NCBI GenBank assembly: GCA_041495205.1
Contig: JBGQCF010000003.1
Coordinates: 57,960-121,959 of the forward strand
DNA from: Gammaproteobacteria bacterium
GTDB taxonomy: Bacteria > Pseudomonadota > Gammaproteobacteria > Burkholderiales > JAHFRG01
Direction: 5' to 3'
Length of the DNA: 64,000 bases
Positions 9,058 through 17,953 of the stretch are shown here, piece by piece. Within the stretch, counting starts at the first letter, position 1, and every line of letters begins with the position of its first letter. Position numbers and translations under genes: made by a program. Under the pieces are notes generated by a model that worked only from the letters and a program-made list of their open reading frames with translations, made no database searches and had not been told where the DNA came from.

Positions 9058-9276
9058 TCAGTTGGCCCTGTTGTACTCGTTTTCGCTCTGCGCACGTGCT
9101 TTCATCGCATTCTCCCAAGCCATTCGGTCGCCCTTGAACTGCTCGTTGTCCCAAGGCTGGGTATCCGGTTTGCCCTGATACTTGCCCTGCTTGTAGATCA
9201 CGTGCGGCCTCTCGCCGCAGCCGGAAAGACCGATGGCGAGCAGGCCGACCAACAATGCGAGCATGGTTTTTCTCAT
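9058..9276 (-). CDS. Small lipoprotein inserted between the FDH beta and gamma genes
   Basis: 72 aa from MRKTMLALLVGLLAIGLSGC (lipobox LSGC). The GGAGGAAA SD lies inside the 3' end of fdhB. No family recognised. Confidence 0.65.
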   Translation of the reverse strand: MRKTMLALLVGLLAIGLSGCGERPHVIYKQGKYQGKPDTQPWDNEQFKGDRMAWENAMKARAQSENEYNRAN

Positions 9277-9278
9277 GA

Positions 9279-9896
9279 TTATTTTCCTCCAGGCTGCGCT
9301 GCAGCTTTTTCGGGCCTGCCGTAAGCGGTGCCCCAACCCCAGATTTCCGAGCCTTTGCCGCGCTTGGTAACACGGGTACGGTAGATATCGGAAATCACGT
9401 CGGCATCACCGGCGAGCAGCGCCTTGGTGGAACACATTTCAGCACAGGCCGGAAGCTTGCCTTCGGCGATGCGGTTGCGGCCGTATTTCTTGAACTCGGT
9501 TTCGGAAAAATTTTGCTCCGGGCCGCCGGCGCAGTAGGTGCACTTGTCCATCTTGCCGCGCAATCCGAACGCGCCGTCCTGCGGGAATTGCGGGGCGCCG
9601 AATGGACAGGCATAGAAACAGTAGCCGCAGCCGATACACAGGTCCTTGTCGTGCAGCACGATGCCTTCCTCGGTTTTGTAGAAGCAGTCCACCGGGCAAA
9701 CCGCCATGCACGGCGCATCCGAACAATGCATGCACGCCACAGAAATTGCTTTTTCTCCGGGTATACCTTGATCGATGGTGACCACACGGCGCCGGTTGAC
9801 GCCCCAAGGCACCTCGTTTTCGTTCTTGCATGCCGTCACGCAGCCATTGCATACAATGCAGCGCTCCGCATCACACAGAAATTTCATTCTAGCCAT
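9279..9896 (-). CDS. fdhB: Formate dehydrogenase beta (Fe-S) subunit
   Basis: Starts MARMKFLCDAERCIVCNGCVTAC with AAGGAG SD. Multiple ferredoxin motifs (CMHCSDAPCMAVCP, CIGCGYCFYACP, CTYC...CAEMC). Confidence 0.9.
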   Translation of the reverse strand: MARMKFLCDAERCIVCNGCVTACKNENEVPWGVNRRRVVTIDQGIPGEKAISVACMHCSDAPCMAVCPVDCFYKTEEGIVLHDKDLCIGCGYCFYACPFGAPQFPQDGAFGLRGKMDKCTYCAGGPEQNFSETEFKKYGRNRIAEGKLPACAEMCSTKALLAGDADVISDIYRTRVTKRGKGSEIWGWGTAYGRPEKAAAQPGGK

Positions 9897-9931
9897 TTGT
9901 CTGCTCCTTAATATATATGCATGATGGGTTG

Positions 9932-12850
9932 TTAGGCCTTGCTGACCTGGCACAAGGTGGTCTTGCTCTCCTGCATCATGGTGACCGAGTCATACCCGTA
10001 GGTGGTCGCGGTATTGACCGCTTCCCCGCGCACTATGGGATGCGCGCCTTCAGGATAGTATTCCAGCATGTCCTTGCCCATCCACCATCCGGAGAAGTGG
10101 AACGGCAGGAACACCGTTCCCGACGCCACACGTTCAGTCACCCAGGCTTTAACCTTCAGCCGTGCCTTGGTCGGCGATTCGACCCACATATACTCGTTGT
10201 TGCGGATGCCGCGGTCGTTGGCGTCCTTGGAATTGATCTCCGCATACATATCCTGCTGCAGTTCGGCAAGCCACGGGTTGGAGCGAGTCTCTTCCCCGCC
10301 GCCTTCGTACTCCACCATGCGGCCGCTGGTCATGATGAGTGGATATTGCTTGGAGATATCCTTGTTCTTCTCCTGGATCGTCTTGAACAACGTCGGGAGC
10401 CGCCAGAAAGCTTTCTTGTCGTCGTGAGTCGGGTACTTCTCGACCAGATCCGGCCGTGGGCTGAACAGCGGTTCACGATGCAAAGGCACAGGATCCGGGA
10501 AATTCCATACCAGAGCGCGCGCCTTGGCGTTGCCGAACGGATGGCAGCCGTGCTTCATCACCACGCGTTGAATACCGCCGGACACGTCGGTTTTCCAGTT
10601 CTTCCCCTCGGCCTTGGCTTTTTCCGCCTCGGTAAGCTCTTCCCACCAGCCGAGTTTCTTCAGTAATACATGATCGAATTCCGGATAACCGGTAGTGATT
10701 TCCGCGCCCAGCGAGTGCGAGCCGTCTTCCGCCAGCAGATTGACGCCGTCCTTCTCGACGCCAAAGTTAGCGCGGAAGTTGCCGCCGCCGTCCATCACGT
10801 GCTTGGAGGTGTTGTACAGGTTGGGCGTGCCGGGATGCTTCAACTCCGGCGTGCCGTAACACGGCCAAGGCAAACCGAAGTAATCGCCATCCAGCACATA
10901 GCCTGTCTTGGCGTCCTTGCCGCCTTTGGCGCGCAGGGTCTTCACGTCGAACACGTGCATGTTGCGCATATGGGCCTGCAGGCGCTCCGGCGACTGGCCG
11001 GTGTAACCGATGGTCCACGCGCCGCGGTTGAATTCGCGGGTGATGTCTTCGATATTGGGTTGGTCCTTATCCACGCGGATGTTCTGCTTGCCATCCTTCT
11101 TGCCCACCAACTGGTCAGCAAAGCCGAATTTCTTGGCGAAAAGATACATAATGGTTTCGTCGGGCTTGGACTCGAACAGCGGTTCGATCACCTTTTCGCG
11201 CCATTGCAGCGAGCGATTAGAGGCGGTTACCGAACCGGAGGTTTCGAACTGAGTTGCCGCCGGCAGCAGGTAGACGCCGTCTTTTCTTACCATCGCTGCC
11301 ATCGCCGCTGAAGCAGAAGGATAAGGATCGATCACCACCAGTAGATCGAGTTTCTTCATCGCCTCGATCATCTCTGCGCCGCGAGTCTGGCTGTTCGGCG
11401 CATGGCCCCAGTAGATTACTGCGCGAATGTTCGGACCTTGGTCAATGTTCTCGTTTTTCTCCATGACTCCGTCAATCCAGCGGGAGACGGTAATGCCAGG
11501 CTTGCCCATCATACCCGCAGAATACTGTGTCTTAAGCCACTCGAAATCCACGTTCCAGACATTGCACCAGTGTTTGAACGAACCTTCAGCAAGGCCGTAG
11601 TACCCTGGCAGCGAGTCCGGGTTGGGCCCGAGGTCGGTCGCTCCCTGTACGTTATCGTGGCCGCGGTAGATGTTGCAGCCGCCGCCGGAAACGCCCACAT
11701 TGCCCAAGGCAAGTTGCAGGATGCAGCTAGCCCTCACCATAGCGTTGCCAATAGTATGCTGGGTCTGTCCCATCGCCCACACAATCGTGCTGGGACGGTT
11801 TTTGGCCATGGCTTCGGCAATCGTGTACACCTCTTTCTCGGTGAGTCCTGTTACGTCCTGCACCTTGTCAGGCGTCCATTTCGCGACTTCTTCGCGCACT
11901 TTTTCCATGCCGTAGACACGGTCATGGATGTATTGCTTGTCCTCCCACTCGTTCTTGAAGATGTGATACAGGAGGCCCCAAATCAGCGCCACGTCGCTGC
12001 CGGAGCGATGACGGAAATACATGTCCGCCTTGGCCGCGGTGCGCGTAAAACGCGGGTCCACTACGATAACTTTCGCTCCCGTTTCCTTGGCATGCAGGGT
12101 ATGCAGCATGGAAACCGGATGTGCCTCGCAGGCGTTGCTGCCGAGGAATAAGATGCACTTGGAGAATTGCTCGTCGTTGTAGGAATTGGTCATCGCACCA
12201 TAACCCCAGGTGTTGGCGACGCCTGCCACCGTAGTGGAGTGGCAGATGCGCGCTTGGTGGTCGGTGTTGTTGGTGCCGAACAGACGCACATACTTGCACA
12301 TCAGATAGGCCTGCTCGTTGCTATGCTTGGATGAGCCGATCCAGTAAGTGGCATCGGGCCCGCTTTCCTTGCGGATGGCGAGCAGCTTGTCGCCGACTTC
12401 GTTGATGGCCTGCTCCCAGCTGATTTTCTTCCACTTTCCGCCCTCCAGCTTCATCGGGTATTTCAGCCGATGCTCGCCGTGGCCGTGTTCGCGCACCGAC
12501 GCGCCCTTGGCGCAGTGCGCGCCGAGATTGAGCGGAGAATCAAAAACCGGCTCTTGGCGCACCCAAACGCCATTTTGCACTACGGCGTCAATGGCACAAC
12601 CCACCGAACAGTGCGTACAGACCGTACGCTTGACCTGGATCTTGCCGTCGCCCTTGGTATCGGATGCGGCGCCGGCTTTGCCAATCATGTTGAATGGCAG
12701 CTGGCTGGCAAATGCGCCGGCACCGACAGTGAGACCGGAACGCTTTAGGAATGTCCGGCGGTCCATGGTTTTGCCGACCACGCCTGACAAGCTGCGGCTT
12801 AGGCGGTTGGGTATTCCTGCAACCGCGCTGGATTTTCTGGTAAGCAGCAT
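9932..12850 (-). CDS. fdhA: Formate dehydrogenase alpha subunit (bis-MGD, Tat-exported, Cys-type)
   Basis: Twin-arginine MDRRTFLKRSG, N-terminal CTHCSVGC cluster, and ARICHSTTVAG where E. coli FdnG has Sec. The ATG at 12850 has a strong AAGGAGAG SD. The alternative ATG at 12766 (directly before the RR motif) has a weak SD. Confidence 0.93.
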   Translation of the reverse strand: MLLTRKSSAVAGIPNRLSRSLSGVVGKTMDRRTFLKRSGLTVGAGAFASQLPFNMIGKAGAASDTKGDGKIQVKRTVCTHCSVGCAIDAVVQNGVWVRQEPVFDSPLNLGAHCAKGASVREHGHGEHRLKYPMKLEGGKWKKISWEQAINEVGDKLLAIRKESGPDATYWIGSSKHSNEQAYLMCKYVRLFGTNNTDHQARICHSTTVAGVANTWGYGAMTNSYNDEQFSKCILFLGSNACEAHPVSMLHTLHAKETGAKVIVVDPRFTRTAAKADMYFRHRSGSDVALIWGLLYHIFKNEWEDKQYIHDRVYGMEKVREEVAKWTPDKVQDVTGLTEKEVYTIAEAMAKNRPSTIVWAMGQTQHTIGNAMVRASCILQLALGNVGVSGGGCNIYRGHDNVQGATDLGPNPDSLPGYYGLAEGSFKHWCNVWNVDFEWLKTQYSAGMMGKPGITVSRWIDGVMEKNENIDQGPNIRAVIYWGHAPNSQTRGAEMIEAMKKLDLLVVIDPYPSASAAMAAMVRKDGVYLLPAATQFETSGSVTASNRSLQWREKVIEPLFESKPDETIMYLFAKKFGFADQLVGKKDGKQNIRVDKDQPNIEDITREFNRGAWTIGYTGQSPERLQAHMRNMHVFDVKTLRAKGGKDAKTGYVLDGDYFGLPWPCYGTPELKHPGTPNLYNTSKHVMDGGGNFRANFGVEKDGVNLLAEDGSHSLGAEITTGYPEFDHVLLKKLGWWEELTEAEKAKAEGKNWKTDVSGGIQRVVMKHGCHPFGNAKARALVWNFPDPVPLHREPLFSPRPDLVEKYPTHDDKKAFWRLPTLFKTIQEKNKDISKQYPLIMTSGRMVEYEGGGEETRSNPWLAELQQDMYAEINSKDANDRGIRNNEYMWVESPTKARLKVKAWVTERVASGTVFLPFHFSGWWMGKDMLEYYPEGAHPIVRGEAVNTATTYGYDSVTMMQESKTTLCQVSKA

Positions 12851-12868
12851 TTTAACTCTCCTTAGGTA

Positions 12869-13075
12869 TCAGACTTTCGTGGTTCGGTAGTAATTTCGAA
12901 TATGCTCCGAGACATGATAGCCCTTGCCTTTGGCTTCATCCCCAGCCTCTGCATTGGTCTCGGCTTGGGGCACGCTCTTGGCAAGCATGGCCGCCGCTGC
13001 GCCGGCGCCTCCTGCGCCAACCGCAAGCAGGAAGTTCCTTCTGCTCAATCTGCTCTTGTTCTTGGTCTCTGCCAT
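12869..13075 (-). CDS. Formate-dehydrogenase-region TAT-target micro-protein
   Basis: 68 aa from MAETKNKSRLSRRNFLLAVGAGGAGAAAA (twin-arginine signal) with a roughly 30-aa mature part. GGAAGGAGA SD. Resembles the TIGR02811-type protein as I recall it. Confidence 0.75.
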   Translation of the reverse strand: MAETKNKSRLSRRNFLLAVGAGGAGAAAAMLAKSVPQAETNAEAGDEAKGKGYHVSEHIRNYYRTTKV

Positions 13076-13113
13076 TTTGTGTCTCCTTCCAAAAAGATCG
13101 TTGCCGCCCAAAG

Positions 13114-13746
13114 TTATAACATTTCGAAAGACTCGGCTTCTATATTGAAAAAAACCTTTGTGAAGCGTGCTACGTGCTTGTAAAAATTTGCCGCTTCCTT
13201 CTCACGCACCGCATCGCAAAAACGCTCGTACCAGGTTTGGATGTGGCGGGCGAAAAACTGCTTTTGCTGTTCCAGGTCCGCTGCGTCGCGATTTTCATCA
13301 CCGGTAATCAAATAGCGCATCACATCACACAGCGCGGAAAGGTGGTCTTCGGGTTCGTGCACTGACTCGTCTCGGGCAAACCCCAGCTTTGCCAGATCGT
13401 CGCGCAGCAAGGCAAGCGGTTTTTCCATCATGAAGCCCGCAAGATAATATGAGCCAAACAGCATCACTTCAGGCCGCCCGACCCCGATAAACAGTTTCTC
13501 ATATTCTTCTTCCACGGCTTCCGCGTCACAGGCCTGTGCAGCGGCAGCTAGCGCATGCCACGCTTCCGCCAAGGGCGCGTTGGCGGTTTCCGCAACGATT
13601 TCGTCGGCGGCGGCAATGGCTCGCAGCAATTGTTCATCCGGGGCATACAACAGGCGTGCAATCAGCGCATACATGTCTGCGCGCGCCACGTCTTCCTGGG
13701 CTACGGGGGGGGGACTCAATCTGACCTGAGCGACTGCTGCGGTCAT
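13114..13746 (-). CDS. TorD/DmsD-family redox-enzyme maturation chaperone
   Basis: 210 aa and acidic. LYALIARLLY, EEEYEKLFIG and YLAGF motifs are typical of TorD-like proteins. Sits directly upstream of the Tat substrates. Confidence 0.8.
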   Translation of the reverse strand: MTAAVAQVRLSPPPVAQEDVARADMYALIARLLYAPDEQLLRAIAAADEIVAETANAPLAEAWHALAAAAQACDAEAVEEEYEKLFIGVGRPEVMLFGSYYLAGFMMEKPLALLRDDLAKLGFARDESVHEPEDHLSALCDVMRYLITGDENRDAADLEQQKQFFARHIQTWYERFCDAVREKEAANFYKHVARFTKVFFNIEAESFEML

Positions 13747-13758
13747 CAGCTCCTCACA

Positions 13759-15846
13759 TCAGCTTTTCACATCAAAAATCGTCAACTCGTTCTTGTTCTT
13801 CAGCATGTCAACGACTCTGCAATCCGCGCACATTTGCAACCGGGTAAGCGCGGCGCCTCCGCTGAACATCGAATGAGTACCGAGTTTGCCCAGCATGTTG
13901 TCTATCATCTGCTTGGTGGCAAAAGGTTTTCCGCAGCGGATGCACGCGAAAACCTCGGCTTCGTTAAGTATTCTCGGATTCCGCGCTTCCTTAGTCAATA
14001 ACAATCTGGGGGTGAGGCTGATGGCCTGTTCCGGGCAGGTTTTCACGCACAGCCCGCACTGCACGCAATTGCGTTCAATGAACTTGAGCTGAGGCAATTC
14101 CTTGGAATCCTGCAGGGCGTTTTCCGGACACGCACCGACACAAGCCATGCATAGGGTACAGGTATCTTTATTAACGTCTATTTTGCCGTAAGGAGCGCCG
14201 CCTGAAAGCGGGATTTCCTCCTTGGGAGAAGGGGCATTATTGGTCAAATGGTCAAAGGCAAAATCCAGCGTGGTGCGCTTTTCGTTAAAAAGATTGAAAC
14301 TCGCCGGCTTGACCGGCCGGGCGGGCTGGATGCTCCACACTGCTTTTTCGAGGGCGGCCACATCCCGCGCTTCAATAAGCTGGAAATGACTCCCGTTATA
14401 ACCCAGCCCCTGCAGGATTTCTTCGGCGTATCCCATTTGGGCGCGCAGCGAAACCAGGTAATCCGGGGCTTCGCTGCCGGCTGCCAGCACCACTAAGTTA
14501 GATGCACCGAGCGCCACGGCGCCAAGCATTACGTCCATGCCGAGTGAAGCAATGTGGAAAGTCTCCAGCGGTATGACGTTGGCCGGCAGGCCTTTACCGC
14601 GGCGGCCAAGCTTGGCGATCAGCTCGCGCCCGTCGGCCGCGTTATGCAGCAGCAAACAGGGATCCTTACCGCCTGCACTAAGATAGGTTTGCAGCAGAGT
14701 TTTGATGCGTGCGCCCAGGTCGGCCACGCGCGGATAGGCGTAGCCCATCGCGCCTGAGGGACAAACGCTGGCGCAGGCGCCACATCCCATGCACAAATGC
14801 GGCTCCACTTTAACGTGATCGCCATCCGGTGAAATAGCGCGGGTCGAGCAAATATCAATGCACTGCGAGCAACCGGTAATTTCCGAGCGGCTGTGTGCGC
14901 AAATTGATTCCTTGTAGGTGAAAAATTTGGGCTTTTCGAATTCCCCGGTCATCTGCGCCAGCTGATTGACTGCGCGCGCCAGCGCCAGCGGATCATGGCC
15001 CGGGGCAAAATACCCCTGCGGCGGCTGATGCATGTTTAACAGCGGCGTATCGGATAAATCGAGAATCAGATCGTAATGTTCGGAACGCGCCGTGTCGCGC
15101 CGCTCGAAATCAACGGCCTTGATATCACCACAGGCGGCCACGCATTTGCGGTGCGCCTTGCATTTGTCGAGATCGATCTGGTAGCTGTAGTCAATCGCCT
15201 GCTCGGGACAGGCTTCGACACAGGCGTTGCAGCGTGTACAGATTTCCAGATCAATCGGGTTGACTTGGCTCCACGAGACCTCAAAAGCGCCCAGATAACC
15301 TTTCACTGCATCCACTTTCCCCGAAAACACCGGATAGCGCCGCTGTGCCGGCAATTCATACCCGCCTTTGGCGTCAGTCAGGAGCACGCTCACATCCATT
15401 TGCTCGGCAAGCTGCTCCGCCCATCCCAAAGCAGCCGATACCGGGCCGATGATCAGGAGTTGCCCCGCCGATTTGTAGCTAACGCTGGGTACCGGCTCAG
15501 GTTCGGGAAGCGCCGCGGCGGCAAGCAGTGCGGCGATTTTCGGCGTGGCTTTATCGGCTTCAGCCGACCAGCCCGCCTGTTCGCGGATGTTGACAAAAGA
15601 GACATCAATATTGGGGTCAATTTGCTCGGCGAGCTCGCCGAAGAGCCGCGCTTCCTGCGTACAGGCGACCAGCAGTTCACTACCTTGCTTGAGGCCCGCC
15701 TCAAAAGCCGATGCCTGGTGACGACATAGCTCATGGTGTATCACTACGGGTGTTTTGAGCTGCAAAGCGCGTGTCAGCGCCTTGGCATCCAATGGCATGG
15801 TCTTGTTGCAGTTACACACCAATATGTTTTTGCTATCTACAGCCAT
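13759..15846 (-). CDS. Large cytoplasmic multi-[4Fe-4S] protein (FDH-associated)
   Basis: 695 aa with no signal peptide. Six ferredoxin-type Cys motifs (CTRCNACVEACP, CKAHRKCVAACG, CSQCIDICS, CMGCGACASVCP, CTLCMACVGACP, CVQCGLCVKTCP) plus C-terminal CIRCG...CADC. Confidence 0.85.
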   Translation of the reverse strand: MAVDSKNILVCNCNKTMPLDAKALTRALQLKTPVVIHHELCRHQASAFEAGLKQGSELLVACTQEARLFGELAEQIDPNIDVSFVNIREQAGWSAEADKATPKIAALLAAAALPEPEPVPSVSYKSAGQLLIIGPVSAALGWAEQLAEQMDVSVLLTDAKGGYELPAQRRYPVFSGKVDAVKGYLGAFEVSWSQVNPIDLEICTRCNACVEACPEQAIDYSYQIDLDKCKAHRKCVAACGDIKAVDFERRDTARSEHYDLILDLSDTPLLNMHQPPQGYFAPGHDPLALARAVNQLAQMTGEFEKPKFFTYKESICAHSRSEITGCSQCIDICSTRAISPDGDHVKVEPHLCMGCGACASVCPSGAMGYAYPRVADLGARIKTLLQTYLSAGGKDPCLLLHNAADGRELIAKLGRRGKGLPANVIPLETFHIASLGMDVMLGAVALGASNLVVLAAGSEAPDYLVSLRAQMGYAEEILQGLGYNGSHFQLIEARDVAALEKAVWSIQPARPVKPASFNLFNEKRTTLDFAFDHLTNNAPSPKEEIPLSGGAPYGKIDVNKDTCTLCMACVGACPENALQDSKELPQLKFIERNCVQCGLCVKTCPEQAISLTPRLLLTKEARNPRILNEAEVFACIRCGKPFATKQMIDNMLGKLGTHSMFSGGAALTRLQMCADCRVVDMLKNKNELTIFDVKS

Positions 15847-15965
15847 AAGCCAAATAGATCCTTAAACAAGGGAGACTACTTTTTTATCCACGTCAGAGCC
15901 ACTCTTGTACGAGATAAAACAATTTACTTTTTGCTATAGAGATCACGCTCAGGCCTGCTGTTTCG

Positions 15966-16478
15966 CTATTTAACCGTCCTCAGCGAAACTATACCTTTTG
16001 CGACATTTTGTCCCAGCTTGGCGTCAGATTGAGTATTGGGTTCGGTTGTTTCCTGTTTGGACTCCAAAGCGGGTTGAGGCTGCTGTTGCGGCAAAGATTC
16101 CTGGCTCTTTTGCCCTTGGGATTCATCTGCAGGCTGCTCCTTAGTGGGAGGGAATAGCAAGGGGTTCGATTCCATCAGTCGTGCCAGCATTTCAGGAGGG
16201 ATCGGGTCGGGCTTGCCGTAATCGTCTATATATACGTCAAGACCGTCCATGACATTGAAATGCGGGTCGCTGAACAATTTGCGCAGCGCTTCGCGGCGCA
16301 GCTTCTCATCCACTTTCGGATGGAAGAAAGCGGTGTAATCCGATTCCAGATTGAGTTGTTCAACAGGCGGTAGTTTAGGTTCGTTGGCCAACGGCTTCGC
16401 CGGCTCGGTCTTGGCGAGACTCTCCGCCTCTTTTTTGAGACGGGACCACCTGCTCAGTAAAGATTCCTTGCGTTGCAT
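15966..16478 (-). CDS. DUF3306-like protein
   Basis: 170 aa. The N-terminal LLSRWSRLKKE motif and a Pro/Glu/Gln-rich tail fit my recollection of DUF3306, which accompanies this FDH type. Confidence 0.7.
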   Translation of the reverse strand: MQRKESLLSRWSRLKKEAESLAKTEPAKPLANEPKLPPVEQLNLESDYTAFFHPKVDEKLRREALRKLFSDPHFNVMDGLDVYIDDYGKPDPIPPEMLARLMESNPLLFPPTKEQPADESQGQKSQESLPQQQPQPALESKQETTEPNTQSDAKLGQNVAKGIVSLRTVK

Positions 16479-16481
16479 GGC

Positions 16482-16967
16482 TCAGCCGGTACTTTTGTCG
16501 GCCCTGCGCGCAGGCGACACAAAAGATTGGGGGCGCTGCCGTTTTTTTGGTTCTGGCTTGTAGTTTTGGTTCACGTAATCACCCAGCCACTCGGCAATGT
16601 CCGGCGGCATGGGCACTCCGTCAACCTGTTCATTGGAATCCATCCAGCGCGCGGCTTCGTTATAGCTTACTGTGACGATGTAGGGCACGGCCAAATCTTC
16701 CTGGGAACGCCAAGAGACAAAAACTTTAGGCTGGGGAGAACTCAAGTTTAAGTAATAACCCTCCGCCTCATCTGTATAAAGGGTCACATCGAATCCCGGA
16801 AATAATATTTGTTTTTGCCGAGCGTCTTCGAATATGACACGCCATTGCTTATTCCCGCCGCTGAGGTCGGGAACAATCCCTATCGCTTCCCACTTTTCAG
16901 AACACCACTTGTTATCTAAAGTCAGGCGTTCCATGATTACCGCTACCGTTATGCTGGGATGTTTCAT
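16482..16967 (-). CDS. DUF3305-like protein
   Basis: Start chosen at MKHPSITVAVIMERL because of the GGGGGAAGG SD. The ORF could extend to 17021. The stop lies 3 nt before the DUF3306 start. Confidence 0.7.
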   Translation of the reverse strand: MKHPSITVAVIMERLTLDNKWCSEKWEAIGIVPDLSGGNKQWRVIFEDARQKQILFPGFDVTLYTDEAEGYYLNLSSPQPKVFVSWRSQEDLAVPYIVTVSYNEAARWMDSNEQVDGVPMPPDIAEWLGDYVNQNYKPEPKKRQRPQSFVSPARRADKSTG

Positions 16968-17111
16968 CGCCTTCCCCCATTCAGCCATGATTCTGCGCCG
17001 GGGTGGCAAAAGATACAACATAAAGCCACTGTTAAAATATGGGTATTCAGTGTATTTTCTTTCATCTCCATTTATGGTTATATCTTGTAATAACTTTCTA
17101 TAGGCTGAGGC

Positions 17112-17945
17112 ATGGGTACCCCCTACCGCCCGAAAATCACTCGCGCGAGCCGGCCGCTCACGTTTGCCGTGCGCTCAATGAACGAACATGGCGAATGGTC
17201 GGATACGCAAATAGCCGGCGAACATCCTCTTACTTTGTATGTGGACAAGCGGGAAATCGTAACCCTCATGACCCTGGGCGCGGCGCCGGAAGCGCTGGCT
17301 ATCGGTTACCTGCGCAATCAGCGCCTGGTGAACAGTATTGATGAGATCAAAACCGTACAAGTGGACTGGGAAACCGGAGCGGTCGCTGTAACCACGCGGC
17401 ATGGTATTCAGGACCTCGACGGGCGTATGAAAAAACGCACGGTCACCACCGGTTGCGGCCAAGGCACGGTGTTTGGCGAGCTGATGGATGAAATCGACAA
17501 ACTCGAACTGCCGAGCGATGTTTATCTCGCCGAGGAAACCTATTACGCGTTGATGGACAACGTGCGCCGCCACGACACGGTCTACAAAACCGCAGGCGCG
17601 GTGCACGGCTGCGCGCTATGCAAGGGCAGTGAAATCCTGATGTTCGTCGAGGACGTGGGCAGGCACAATGCGGTGGATGCCATTGCCGGGCAAATGTGGC
17701 TGGATCGCATCGAAGGCCAAGACAAGATTTTCTATACCACCGGGCGCCTTACTTCCGAGATGGTAATCAAATGCGCGCAGATGGAGATCCCTTTCCTGGT
17801 GTCCCGCTCGGGGCTCACCCAGATGGGTTATGAAATCGCGAAAAAAATCGGCCTCACCATGATCGGCCGCGCCGCCGGCAAGCATTATCTGCTGTTCACC
17901 GGCGAGTCGCGCTTCATCAAATCCAAGCAGGTTTCACTCACCTGA
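17112..17945 (+). CDS. fdhD: Formate dehydrogenase accessory sulfurtransferase FdhD
   Basis: TGCGQGTVFG, GAVHGCAL and EDVGRHNAVD motifs. Confidence 0.93.
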   Translation: MGTPYRPKITRASRPLTFAVRSMNEHGEWSDTQIAGEHPLTLYVDKREIVTLMTLGAAPEALAIGYLRNQRLVNSIDEIKTVQVDWETGAVAVTTRHGIQDLDGRMKKRTVTTGCGQGTVFGELMDEIDKLELPSDVYLAEETYYALMDNVRRHDTVYKTAGAVHGCALCKGSEILMFVEDVGRHNAVDAIAGQMWLDRIEGQDKIFYTTGRLTSEMVIKCAQMEIPFLVSRSGLTQMGYEIAKKIGLTMIGRAAGKHYLLFTGESRFIKSKQVSLT

Positions 17946-17953
17946 GTTCATTC

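Noticed and set aside
17077-17094. GTTAT-N8-ATAAC palindrome in the DUF3305/fdhD divergent region as a ModE/TunR operator
   Set aside because: It has only 5-bp arms, and its spacing differs from the E. coli ModE site as I recall it. I found no convincing second copy upstream of aorA or moaA (only a loose ATATTGTAAC resemblance near 5090). Too weak to call.
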